NCBI RefSeq assembly: GCF_006345805.1
Contig: NC_043008.1
Span: 32,674,001 to 32,738,000 of the forward strand
Length of the DNA stretch: 64,000 bases
Reading direction: 5' to 3'
DNA from: Octopus sinensis
Lineage: Eukaryota
This document shows, in pieces, positions 51,291 through 64,000 of the stretch; positions within the stretch are counted from its first letter, which is position 1; each line of letters starts with the position of its first letter. Both the position numbers and the translations under genes were made by a program. The notes under the pieces were generated by a model. The model was not told where the DNA came from. It was given only the letters and a program-made list of their open reading frames with translations, and made no database searches.

Positions 51291-51582
51291 ACTTTATATA
51301 TATATATATATAACATATATTCTAACAGCTAAGCCCGGTTTCACCCTGTTTGGATGATGTGGCTGTAAAACCTGCTCTGTGTAAGCATTCGACTTTTTTG
51401 GGCACGCTTACGTTAAAAACAATTTTAGAATGACTTTTTTCTGTCAAAACGCTAAAAATGACCAATCAACGAAAAAAAGCAGCCAAGATTCAACCAAATC
51501 AAAAAATAAACCCAAATACTAAGCGAACAAAGATGAACCATCTTACTTCCATTGCGCGCGCACACGCCTACACATTCACAAA

Positions 51583-51599
<17 letters not shown>

Positions 51600-51635
<36 letters not shown>

Positions 51636-52122
51636 GTTCACATACCCCCTTTTACATACACACACATATATTCACACAGAGTTGAAACGCTGTTGATTTA
51701 TTTTTTTCAGCGTACAATTTTCATCAACCCACTACGAAGCACGACATCACACCTTCCTTATTCATCTATCACCCCTTCCTTTTTCATTCATAAACACAGT
51801 AGTATTATTATAGTAGATTATCTTGGTTAACATGGGAGCTATGAAAAAATATGACAACACCCCTTCTGTCTTTATTCATCTATTACCCCTTCCTTTTTCA
51901 TTCATAAACACAAGAATATTATTATTGTAGATTATCTTGGTAACTATGCTATGAAAAAAATAGATGCCCAGCATCACTACCGGATTATTCTACACATCTG
52001 TGTAATTTTTCACGCAATTTCGCCCAGCCATTTGACCGTGAATCTCAAGACAAGAAACACTCGTCCATGTCAATTTTATATGTATAGATATACACACATA
52101 CATACATACATACATACATACA

Positions 52123-52154
<32 letters not shown>

Positions 52155-53678
52155 CATACATACATACATACATACATACTACATACATACATACATACAT
52201 ACATATGACGGGTTTCCTCTCAGTTTCTGTCTACCAAATTTACTTAAAAGGTTTTCACGGCGCGGGGCATTTTGGGGGCCCGAACATGCAGCAGGAGATA
52301 TTTGCACAAAATACTGCACAGTAGTAGGATTGAACATGGAACCAGATGGTTACAAAACGAGCATCTTACTTACACAACCATAGCTGCGCGTATGAAAACA
52401 AGTAATTTTTATTCACGTTAGCAAGAAAATTTTCGAATATTTTAGAATATGGTTGAATGCAATTCTCAGCTATCTACTTTTCAGTTGCTTGGTTATTCAC
52501 AATATTGTAACAAATGTTTTGATTTATGTCGTTAAAAATCTATCAACTCTGAAAGCATATTCAAGATGGAGTCTTCTTCACATAATGAAGCCTAAAACAA
52601 TGCATTCATTGTCTGTGACAGCTAAAGAACACAACTTACGATATCCCCGTTTATTGTATTTAGCACGCCGAAGCATAATTCAAGCAGTCGCATAATACAA
52701 TAATCCACGTTGGAAAATTTCTTTGTTTAGTTGAAGTAAAATGTCCCTTATATTTGAAGATGTATATTAAAAAGAATGATAAAAAACATTATAAGATAAA
52801 TGTTCTCATCCCTTCAAATATTTAAATTGTTAGCGTGATTAATCGCCGGTCTTTATAATTTATCTTATACAAAAAGAAGATTGATTTGTCCCAGTGACTA
52901 AATTATAGCATCAAAACCTGTAAAATGAAGTTGCAATATAATTTCAGCTTAGAATACTAATTGAAATACGAGTATACACACACACACACACACACGCACA
53001 CACACACACACACACACACATATACGTTCACATACCCCCTTTTACATACACACACATATATTCACACAGAGTTGAAACGCTGTTGATTTATTTTTTTCAG
53101 CGTACAATTTTCATCAACCCACTACGAAGCACGACATCACACCTTCCTTATTCATCTATCACCCCTTCCTTTTTCATTCATAAACACAGTAGTATTATTA
53201 TAGTAGATTATCTTGGTTAACATGGGAGCTATGAAAAAATATGACAACACCCCTTCTGTCTTTATTCATCTATTACCCCTTCCTTTTTCATTCATAAACA
53301 CAAGAATATTATTATTGTAGATTATCTTGGTTAACATGGGAGCTATGAAAAAATATGACAACACCCCTTCTGTCTTTATTCATCTATTACCCCTTCCTTT
53401 TTCATTCATAAACACAAGAATATTATTATTGTAGATTATCTTGGTAACTATGCTATGAAAAAAATAGATGCCCAGCATCACTACCGGATTATTCTACACA
53501 TCTGTGTAATTTTTCACGCAATTTCGCCCAGCCATTTGACCGTGAATCTCAAGACAAGAAACACTCGTCCATGTCAATTTTATATGTATAGATATACACA
53601 CATACATACATACATACATACATACATACATACATACATACATACATACATACATACATACATACATACATACATACA

Positions 53679-53709
<31 letters not shown>

Positions 53710-54510
53710 GACGGGTTTCCTCTCAGTTTCTGTCTACCAAATTTACTTAAAAGGTTTTCACGGCGCGGGGCATTTTGGGGGCCCGAACATGCAGCAGGAG
53801 ATATTTGCACAAAATACTGCACAGTAGTAGGATTGAACATGGAACCAGATGGTTACAAAACGAGCATCTTACTTACACAACCATAGCTGCGCGTATGAAA
53901 ACAAGTAATTTTTATTCACGTTAGCAAGAAAATTTTCGAATATTTTAGAATATGGTTGAATGCAATTCTCAGCTATCTACTTTTCAGTTGCTTGGTTATT
54001 CACAATATTGTAACAAATGTTTTGATTTATGTCGTTAAAAATCTATCAACTCTGAAAGCATATTCAAGATGGAGTCTTCTTCACATAATGAAGCCTAAAA
54101 CAATGCATTCATTGTCTGTGACAGCTAAAGAACACAACTTACGATATCCCCGTTTATTGTATTTAGCACGCCGAAGCATAATTCAAGCAGTCGCATAATA
54201 CAATAATCCACGTTGGAAAATTTCTTTGTTTAGTTGAAGTAAAATGTCCCTTATATTTGAAGATGTATATTAAAAAGAATGATAAAAAACATTATAAGAT
54301 AAATGTTCTCATCCCTTCAAATATTTAAATTGTTAGCGTGATTAATCGCCGGTCTTTATAATTTATCTTATACAAAAAGAAGATTGATTTGTCCCAGTGA
54401 CTAAATTTATAGCATCAAAACCTGTAAAATGAAGTTGCAATATAATTTCAGCTTAGAATACTAATTGAAATACGAGTATACACACACACACACACACACG
54501 CACACACACA
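51600..54510. repeat. Near-identical ~1.4-1.5 kb tandem duplication with an internal 114-bp repeat (2 vs 3 units)
   Basis: tatacgttcacatacccc at 51631 and 53021; identical ORFs at 52453 and 53956; units bounded by (CA)n tracts. Confidence 0.95.
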
Positions 54511-55149
54511 CACATACACATGCATATACACAAACGGTCACTCATACACGCACATGTATGTGTTTGAGAATTTTTTCGTATAAGCTCATATTCGAATAAC
54601 TGTGCTACCCTCTGGTCTTCGTATTCCAGCATTTCGAACTGAACCACTCTTATAGATCCATGGTGTGATATTTTCCTCCTTTAGTTGTTCTAATGAAAGA
54701 TATTCTCGTATTATTAGTTATTTTTTTACATGTGCTCTCTCTTGCTCGCTCCCGTTGAACGGACAATACATATTGCTTGACTAACCTGGCAATTGAACTC
54801 ACATCCACTACCTAGGCACTTAACCAGTCATCAAATCCACAATCCCGTTGTGAAGACCAGTGCTGTTGTGCCGCTGTACAGTTAGACACTAGCAATTTTT
54901 TTTTATAGTCGTGGGTTTAATTTTCTATCTTTTGTAACTGATTTTGTAGCCGGTTTTACCTTCCAATATTTTTCGTATCCATTATCTTGCCAACGCTATC
55001 AATTATCCGTGCCCTCTTTATTGTCGCAAGACGCTGGAATAATACTATATGTGTTTGCAGCTATTAACCTATGACTTCCTACTCCTGTTATCGAGGATGA
55101 GGCGATTTGTTTTGCTATCTTCTGAGTTACAACCAGTTATATGACCAGT

Positions 55150-55850
55150 GCTCTGGAAATGGTTGTTTTTGTGGGCCGTTCTTGTTATTACTGCTTGTAC
55201 TGTTGCTTTTTTTCCTATTTCCTCTACTTTTCTATGTCTTCTAGGCACTCTTGTAACGGCTAGATCTCATGCTAAGCGACATTAGCTTGAATGCGTTTTT
55301 CTGCACTCGCGGTGGTATACAGCTCCGTAGTAGCTGTGTGGCCTTCAAGGGTCATTCAGATTTACACATGTTTGCAGGTACTGTCCGAACCCAAGATGTT
55401 TATAATCGTCTCTATATTCCCTAAATGCCTTTATTATGTTATAAAGATAATGATAAATCAGGGATCAACGCCACTACCAACATTTCTCACCTTGACCGCT
55501 CTATGATGTCATCTTATGTATAGTAGCACCAGTTTGCTGACAGGTGTTTTTAAGAATTAGTTCTACCTGTTTTCTCGTTTCATCCTCAAATTTGATTACG
55601 AAGTATACTTTCTCATTTACCCTCCCTCGGTCAATAGCTGAAATATTGTCTTTCACACATCACATAGGGCTTTTTTAACAGTTTTCTCGGGATAATTGGA
55701 AATTCTATCACTTTCTTTGCGAAGCAGAGAAAAATCACGTTCAACCTTACCTATTCTAGGGTAAATTGGACAGTCTGAAAACCACCATTTTCGTGATATA
55801 TTTCTGCCCCGTTGATTTTTTCCAGAATCTAATATTAGCTCTTATTAGCA
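55150..55850 (-). mobile_element. Possible ancient LINE ORF1-like remnant
   Basis: Interrupted minus-strand peptide pieces (KWWFSDCPIYPRIGKVE..., KVRNVGSGVDP..II..LGNIE) loosely resemble RRM-type ORF1 segments; many stops. Confidence 0.25.
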
Positions 55851-56859
55851 GTCTATATTATGTGTACATTCCACATAGTCGAAGACCATCTCGTCCTTAA
55901 TCCGCACTTCATCATCCTTTCGTCTTCTTGTATATCATTCAAACATCAGTCAATCTCTCGTTGGCTGTACGAGGAACTATACAACGAACACATTTTCGTG
56001 GATGGGGAAAGGAAAATATTTTCTTATTTTAGTTCACTGTTTCTGGCAGTTTGCTACTTTTATCCATCTTCCATTTCTTCACCAATGTTACACCACTCCA
56101 GAAACAATAGCACCTCTCGAGATGATGAGGCGCTATTGGTATGAGTCAGCGGGTGAATACTCGGTCTTAGGATCCTGGCACCAAAAACGGACAATTTCTT
56201 GTAATACTAGGATATGACTTCAGTGTTACGAGTGGTGGTGTGCTGACACATTAGTATCTGGGATCTGCAGTTGTCATTTCTAATTCTGCAGTTGTCAATG
56301 ACAACTAATGAAACCTGAGGAAATTCCAGTTCATGAATGATTTTTTTTTCTGTATTGATGCCTAAATATAAAGAGCTTCTTAACTTTAGCTCTATAATCT
56401 TAAAAGATATTTCGTTTTCGAAATCCGTTCAATAATTTAAGGTTGCTATGGACGTGTAATACTCAAGCACATACATCGTGACAGTCAGAATAATATTGTA
56501 GATAATAATGAATTATATATCCATCCTTGAAAATGTTCGGGACAGTGTGACTTGTCTAAGTTCCACTAAATTTTAGTTTTCTAAATCAATATTTTGATAA
56601 CCACGTGATTCTACGCTCGAAAATGAATTTATCGTTTTATTTGTATCAATATTTTGATAAATGTTTTTTCACAAATTTACTAGATTTCAATTTTCTATGG
56701 ATCAAACGCAATGTTTACAATATGTTAGTAGTTTTCCCACGACTGACGAACTCTCTACTTCCCTCTGCCTCTTATTTAATCAGTAACAACAAACAGTGTT
56801 ATTGTGCTAAGTAGTTATTCACATTAGTCATATTCATATTATTATTATTTTTATTATTC

Positions 56860-56888
56860 ATATTCTTCTTCTTCTTCTTCTTCTTCTT

Positions 56889-56919
<31 letters not shown>

Positions 56920-56942
56920 TTATTATTATTATATTATTATTA

Positions 56943-56990
<48 letters not shown>

Positions 56991-57000
56991 CATTATTATT
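56860..57000. repeat. (TTC)n-(ATT)n compound microsatellite
   Basis: Directly visible. Confidence 0.95.
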
Positions 57001-59425
57001 TTGAAGTTGTAATTTTGATAAGAAGGGGTGGTTAGTTAGTCTTTTCTTCTGTTGTTTTGTTTAGTTATGTTTTTTAAAAATAAATCATATCCCGTTGCCA
57101 TTCTGATGTGTGAATATCTAATACACTTAAAGACATATTCTGATATGTTGAGTATATTTTAACTCTAATATCTATACAAATATCAACAAGTTCTTATCTC
57201 TACCTCTGTGTGTCTATCTCTCTCTCTCCCCCACTCTTCATCTGCATGTCTGTCGACATATATATATATATAATTTAAACAGAAATCTTTGAGATATATC
57301 CCTGTGTCAGTTATATGTGTGAGTGTGTGTAGTTATGTGCGGTTGTGTGTGTGTGTGTATGTGTGTGTGTGTGTTCAACCAAGAAGAAAATGGTTTCATT
57401 TTTTACAAAGTCGATAATTTGCGCTTCTCAACTGCCATAAATTGCAGTTATAAACAGCTTTGCAGCTATACTCTATTATACTGTCGGTTTGCTTCCTTCA
57501 CTGTTCTGTTGCTATCAAATATATCTTAAAAAATAAAGTGGAGTTGGCATTAGTCCTTTATGTGAACGAATGTGTATGTTGTGTATATCGTGCTTTAAAA
57601 GAGTTTCCAGAGAAGCTTATATGAATCTTTTTGTGTGAAATCGACTGTTTTTCCGTTGGGTCTGTATACCACCCCATTTTATTGGCGTAATCTCTTAGAG
57701 GGGAAATTAGTTGTATTTCTACAATAACATTGAAGTTACGTCCCCTCTGTATTTATATATTTTTGTTGTAGCTGAACATCTGTGACCTACCTTAAAACTC
57801 AATATGTTCGAGTATTGCCTCACAAATGCGACAGCTAGCCAAAGGTCGATGTCACAGCTAATGTTCTGACTGATATTTGTATTGTCATTACTTACATATC
57901 GCAGTACGAGTATCTGCGCTGTTATGTAGCACACTAATTTGGTCTTTAGTTCACGCTCCATCTTAAAAACTAAGAAAGACACTCCTTTAAGCTCTCTTCA
58001 TTGGTTGATTGAAATCATTATCTTTCAACATATCGGCTAGGGATTACTTTGAAGGTTCTGTCGTTTGCGAAATCACAGCTAAGTTACTTTCTTCGTCTCT
58101 AGTTCTTGGTTAAAAGTTCCAGTGCTGGAAATATTTGTTTTGGTTCAGTATTTATGCCATGCTATGTTTCTCTTTTAGTCTACCCATTTAAGAAAATTCG
58201 TATTAAAAGAATTTTTATTCTGCCTCTATATTTTTTGCAAATTGAAAATGTGGTTTTAATCTTGTTTAGATGTCTTTTGTTAAACTGTTTTACTACTGAA
58301 ATTTTGGAGTTGTACGTTTTATGCCTGACGGAGAAAACACGTTGTTTTGGGTATCTTAAGTCTTTCGCTCTCAGAAATATAATCCTACCTCTCAATGAAT
58401 AAAGTTCGCGCCAAAATCCATTCATTTTAGCATATAAACCGATAGTTATTGAAATATTAAAAAACAAAAAAAAAAGGAGTGAACAACATCTTTTCTCCTC
58501 GATTCAATAATAATGCTTTCAAATTTTGGCACAAGGCCAGCAATTTCGGAGGAAAAAGTAAGTCGATTATATCGGACCCAGTATTCAACTGGTACTCATT
58601 TTATCGAATCGGAAAGGATGAAAGCTAAGTCGATTTTGTCACAATTGGAACTCAGAACGTTAAAACTGTCAAGATACCGCTTAGCATTTAACCCGGCGAG
58701 TTAACGATTCCGCAATCTCACCGGAATAATAATAATAATATAATAATAATAATAATAATAATAATGCATGTGACTACATATTTTGAGATAGAATGAATAG
58801 CTAATTATGTCGACTAACGAAAACCGAAATCTACTGATTCCCCTATTTAATCTTCGATGTTATATTTTTAAAATGTGTTAATATTTTGTATGTTTAAACA
58901 GCGTAGTGTATACGAAGACAATCGAATAGTTATAGCATTTGTGCCCGGCGTCACTTTATTTTTAGTCCCCAGTCAAAAGAGATTCAGTTGTAATCATTTC
59001 TTCTTTTATTTTTTCAACAGTTTCTAAGACAATATTATCCAAGATTTATTTATTTATTTTATTTCTTTAGCACTGTGGTTTCTTCATTAGCCCTGTCGCC
59101 ATTTTGTAATATTCTGAGCGTTTGGAGACACAATATTCTTTGGCTTTCGTTTCTTTCTTTTTTTTTATTTTTGTATTAATTTTCAAATATTTCATATCTT
59201 CAATTCCATTCCAACTTTACGATGTTCCATCATTTCTATTTTCTACAGTTATCATTTGAATTTCTAAAGATTTTTCACATTTTTTCATTGAAGATTCTTT
59301 GGCCTTGTATCAGATTATAATTCTTATTGTTATTGTCATTGTTGTTATTATTGTTATTGTTCATATTATTATTTACCATCACCATCTTCATCATCATCAT
59401 TAACGTCATCATCATCATCATCATC

Positions 59426-59476
<51 letters not shown>

Positions 59477-59623
59477 TGTTGTTGTTGTTTCTTCGTCCGT
59501 CATCAGTATCATTCTCATTCTATTTTATGTAAATTCCCATACTTAATATCTGTTTTCGTAACGTTCTCCTTATCCGTCACCCTTGTAATAAACAAGAAAA
59601 ATCACTATTATTATTATTGTTGC

Positions 59624-59663
<40 letters not shown>

Positions 59664-59847
59664 CTTGTTCTTGTTCTTGTTCTTGTTGTTTATTCAAGTT
59701 ATTATTATTATCTGGGCAAAAAATATCGGAAGAGTAAATTAACAATTGTCACAAAGCTACTACTGATGGTGTCGGTGTCAGCAGTGGTAGTTATATGTTG
59801 GCGCTATATAACAACACCATAGCTGTCGTGTTATTATATCCGTTGTT

Positions 59848-60075
59848 GTGCACGGATGCATGACCTAGTGGTTATGGTGTCTCACTCACGGTCGTGAGAT
59901 CGTGGTTTCAATCCCTTGACCGAGTAGTACGTTGGGTTCTTGAGCAAGACACTTCATCTCACGTTGCTCTGCGACCATTTCGACGACGCCCAACTACTGT
60001 GTTCAAGCAACGCCGATTTGACAGAAGAATTGAACACATGGATTTGATCACTATAAATAAGTCGTTTGTGCAGGT
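59848..60075 (+). mobile_element. Family-C tRNA-derived SINE
   Basis: gcatgacctagtggttatgg...ggtttcaatccc...cttgagcaagacacttcatctcacgttgctc. Confidence 0.75.
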
Positions 60076-60099
60076 TGTTCAGCAACAATAGAAGAGACT

Positions 60100-60640
<541 letters not shown>

Positions 60641-61320
60641 TTGTGTTTTAGGCCGGGCGAATCCTGATGCAGAACAAAATTATGATCAAAAGGAACAAAG
60701 GCGTTCTAGACATGGACAGTACGTCTTATGCCTTTTCAAACATTGCATCAGGAACTGCATTATGTAAATCATTCGGTTTTTTGCTTTGTAAAAGATGTAA
60801 ATTTCAAGATTTGGCCGCTATTTCTAGCACACTACAGGACCACGTAAAGGCTTGTTTAGTTCTGTTACTGATGATGGTGATCGAGATGGTAAAAATGATA
60901 GACATTGCTATGTTTCTCGTTGTTATGATGATGGTAATAGTGATATTGATGTCGATGATGATGGTGATGGTAGTGGTGATAATGGTAGAGGAAGTGGCGG
61001 TGGTGTTGACGGTGGTGTTGTTGTTGGTTATGATGGCGATCCCATTGTTGTTAATGGGTTATTTATTATTATGAAGATTTGGCCGTTATTGTCGTTGTCG
61101 ACGTTGTCATTGTTGTTGTTGTTGTGGTTGGAGATAGTAGAACTAGTAATTGTGTCGTTATTGTTGCTATTCGGGTGATATTTTATTTTATTTTATCTTT
61201 ATTTTCCAATCACTTTTATGGAAGATCTAAATAACGATATGTGCGTGAGTATATACATATGCGTGTAGACACACACAATCACTCATCAATATATATATAT
61301 ATACACACACACACACAACA

Positions 61321-61423
<103 letters not shown>

Positions 61424-62224
61424 TTCCGGGTATGTATACGTATGCGTGTAGACACACACACTCGCACATGTATGTATGTATGAAATTATATGTGTAAGTG
61501 TATGTGTATGTATGGAATTATATATCATCTCATTTTGTATGTACATGTGTACACACACACACACACACACACATACACTCAGTGTATAAGAGAGAAAGTG
61601 AGAGGGATGAAGAGGAAATGTAATTGATTTGACTGTCATGACATTGATTTTCTATTATTATTATTATTATTATTGTTATTATTATCTACGTGTATGTTTA
61701 ATGTCGTATATTAATGTGGTGTATTGCAGTTTTGGGTAGTATATCGTGGTACTGAATCTTACTATTTCTGCTATAGCATAGAACTTTCATCTTTTTTATG
61801 AGGAGTAAAGATTTGAGTATCAATAAGCAATCTTAGATTTTCTCCATATAAACCTATCATTACCTCTTTACGGGCCAGCGAGCTATCATCTTTATGGTTG
61901 ATCAAACTTCGAGAAAAAAATAGCAGTAAAAGTTCATAAAACCACACCATGTCACCATAAAACTGAAAGGATTCCTTGAATAATGTAGTGTTCGAATAAG
62001 CAAATGGCTGGAGAGTCACGGCTGGATCGCATTTGGTCATAGATCTGCTAAGTCGAATGTGTCCTGGGGCTAGTCAACACGAACACCTTTTCAGCGACAA
62101 AAACATGTGAGGAATTTCAAGGAACAAAACAACACCTGATCACATTAAAGTAACTTTTTTTAATTAAAGAGGTCTCTTTTTGTCTTCAGGCTTTGGATTG
62201 GAGTATTGTAATCGTGAAACTATC

Positions 62225-62264
62225 CTGTAGTAGTAGTAGTAGCAGTAGTAGTAGTAGTAGTAGC

Positions 62265-62317
<53 letters not shown>

Positions 62318-62324
62318 CAGCAGC

Positions 62325-62375
<51 letters not shown>

Positions 62376-62425
62376 TCTTGTTGTTGTTGTTGTTGCTGTT
62401 GTTTTTGTTGTTGTTGCTGTTGTTA
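62225..62425. repeat. (AGT)n-(TTG)n compound microsatellite
   Basis: Directly visible. Confidence 0.95.
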
Positions 62426-62798
62426 TACTTTAGATTAACCTTGATCCAGTAGACCTGTCATAGATAGAATTCCAGCGATGGCCAACATGTTTTTTTTTTC
62501 TTTTATTCTGAACTTGTGCATCTAGGACGACAGGATTTGATAAGCCTTCCTTATTGCCCTTTTTCGCTCCTGCTTATGCAGATTCAGTTCATAGTTGTTC
62601 CATGTGTGACAACACTGACTCTTTTTCAGAAATAGCATATCAAGAACTACCTTATTCTAATATTTCCTTTTGTATTGATGCCGTTTGCATCCCTTTTCCC
62701 GGTCAGTCCAGATCAATCACTTGTTTCATTCGTGACGGTCTTGTTTATTATTCGGACAGAGTGAATCCAGGACTACAATGAGTATTTGCATGTTTTTA

Positions 62799-62931
62799 GG
62801 CGCAGGCAAGGCTGCGTGGTTAAGAAGGCCACTTTGCAAACATGTGGTTTCGAGTTTGGTCTCACTGCGCAGCACTTTGGGCAAGAGACGGAATCTGTGT
62901 AGAAACATGTATGAGTGAATGTGTGTGCGTG

Positions 62932-62994
<63 letters not shown>

Positions 62995-63215
62995 TTGTGT
63001 GTGTGTGTGCGCGCGCGCGCCAGTGTTTGACCCCTGCACTGTTCGAAAACAGGTGTTGGTTTGTTCATGTCGTCGTCACTTAACGGTTTGGCAACAGAAA
63101 AGAAAGATTAAGTATCAGACTTCAAAAACGTAAGCACTAGGATCGATTTGTTCGAGTGAAACCTACCAGGTGGTGCCCCGGTATGGCCGCGGTCCAGTAA
63201 CTGAAACAAGTAAAT
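62799..63215 (+). mobile_element. Family-A SINE, degenerate, with long (GT)n spacer
   Basis: ggcgcaggcaaggctgcgtggttaagaagg...ccccggtatggccgcggtccagtaactgaaacaagtaaa. Confidence 0.8.
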
Positions 63216-63388
63216 GATAAAAGATCAAAGAATAGAGGTTGATATTTCTAAGAGGTCGAGTGACTTTTTTTTTTTTTTTTTTGACCCATGTCCAAGTTGT
63301 TATCATTTAGTGACTGAAAGGACCTATGATCAAACCCAGGGCATCCATGATCAACTTGTCTTACTGTCGGTCATTGCTTATCTTGAAT

Positions 63389-63607
63389 TACGAGGAGTGC
63401 TGAAAAGCTGCTGAATTTGAGTAAAAGAAAATGCAAGAGGGTCGGTTAATTATGATTTTATCCAATAGATTCCTCTCACAGATTCACGCACTTATTGCTG
63501 CGATCCTTCAGTTTTTCTAAGCCTTGTAAAAGAACTCAGAAGGTTAGGTCTCCAACCAGGCATTTCGCGTTACCCTTGAACCCAGGAACTGTTCAGCCCC
63601 CCCCTCC
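63389..63607. mobile_element. Mariner-derived MITE, inverted relative to 83-297
   Basis: tacgaggagtgctgaaaag...cccaggaactgttcagcccccccctc; interior is the reverse complement of the 83-297 copy. Confidence 0.8.
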
Positions 63608-63612
63608 CGCCT

Positions 63613-63674
<62 letters not shown>

Positions 63675-63693
63675 TAGAGAGAGAGAGACAGAG

Positions 63694-63905
63694 AGAAAAT
63701 AGTAAAAAGTGAAAGAACTACAGAAGGCTTGTTTTAAAAGGTTAAAAAATATATTTGAGTCATTATGTCAGAAGAATGTTATAAAATATTTTCAAGTCAC
63801 TGTATGAAAAAAATTTATAACATTCTTCTGACATAATGACTCAAATATATTTTTTAACATTTTAAAACAAGCCTTCTGTAGTTTTTTCACTTTTTACTAT
63901 TTTCT
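63694..63905. repeat. Foldback: 101-bp arms, 4 mismatches, 10-nt loop
   Basis: 63694-63794 is the reverse complement of 63805-63905; loop agtcactgta. Confidence 0.95.
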
Positions 63906-63944
63906 ATATATTCAACCGCGTGCTTTCACACACTAACTTTCTCA

Positions 63945-64000
<56 letters not shown>

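Noticed and set aside
51320-51545. Possible second Helitron end (ctaacagctaagcccggtttcaccctg)
   Set aside because: The terminus is not CTRR-perfect and no matching TC 5' end could be placed.
52453-52695. Identical 80-aa ORFs at 52453 and 53956 (and 51951/53455), suggesting duplicated genes
   Set aside because: Identity is explained by the tandem duplication; the peptides have no recognisable features and partly run into microsatellite.
51750-53450. 114-bp repeats and tandem SINE units as a possible CRISPR-like array
   Set aside because: There are no unique spacers between repeats, the context is eukaryotic and there are no cas genes.
61771-62040. 89-aa minus-strand ORF with complex sequence
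   Set aside because: The start lies in a recurrent short repeat (gcagatctatgaccaaatgcgatccagcc-type, also near 35020, 62440 and 63310); no recognisable domain or splice support.

Overview
AT-rich, microsatellite-dense eukaryotic DNA that is almost entirely repeat-derived. The SINE families and repeat landscape look like an octopod (Octopus sp.) genome; this is inferred from recalled repeat families, not from a database search. No host protein-coding gene can be supported: nearly all ORFs in the supplied track are translated microsatellites, SINE pieces or transposon fragments, and only a few short speculative exon candidates remain. Supported content: (1) a young, 5'-truncated Neptune-like Penelope-like element (PLE; RT plus GIY-YIG) with a ~1 kb inverted duplication and a minimal hammerhead ribozyme (6.9-9.9 kb); (2) two copies of a Sleeping Beauty-type IR/DR Tc1 (DD34E) element; (3) two full-length decayed DD34D mariners, a mariner fragment and mariner MITEs; (4) a tail-to-tail pair of hAT/Charlie-type MITEs; (5) a non-autonomous Helitron; (6) RTE and CR1-like LINE fragments; (7) many tRNA-derived SINEs of three families; (8) a near-identical ~1.4-1.5 kb tandem duplication. 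The most interesting pattern is a PLE-linked ensemble: minimal hammerhead ribozymes (including a U3-A8 covariant core) in short TA-flanked elements, and several independent foldback palindromes, at least some built from the ends of such elements.
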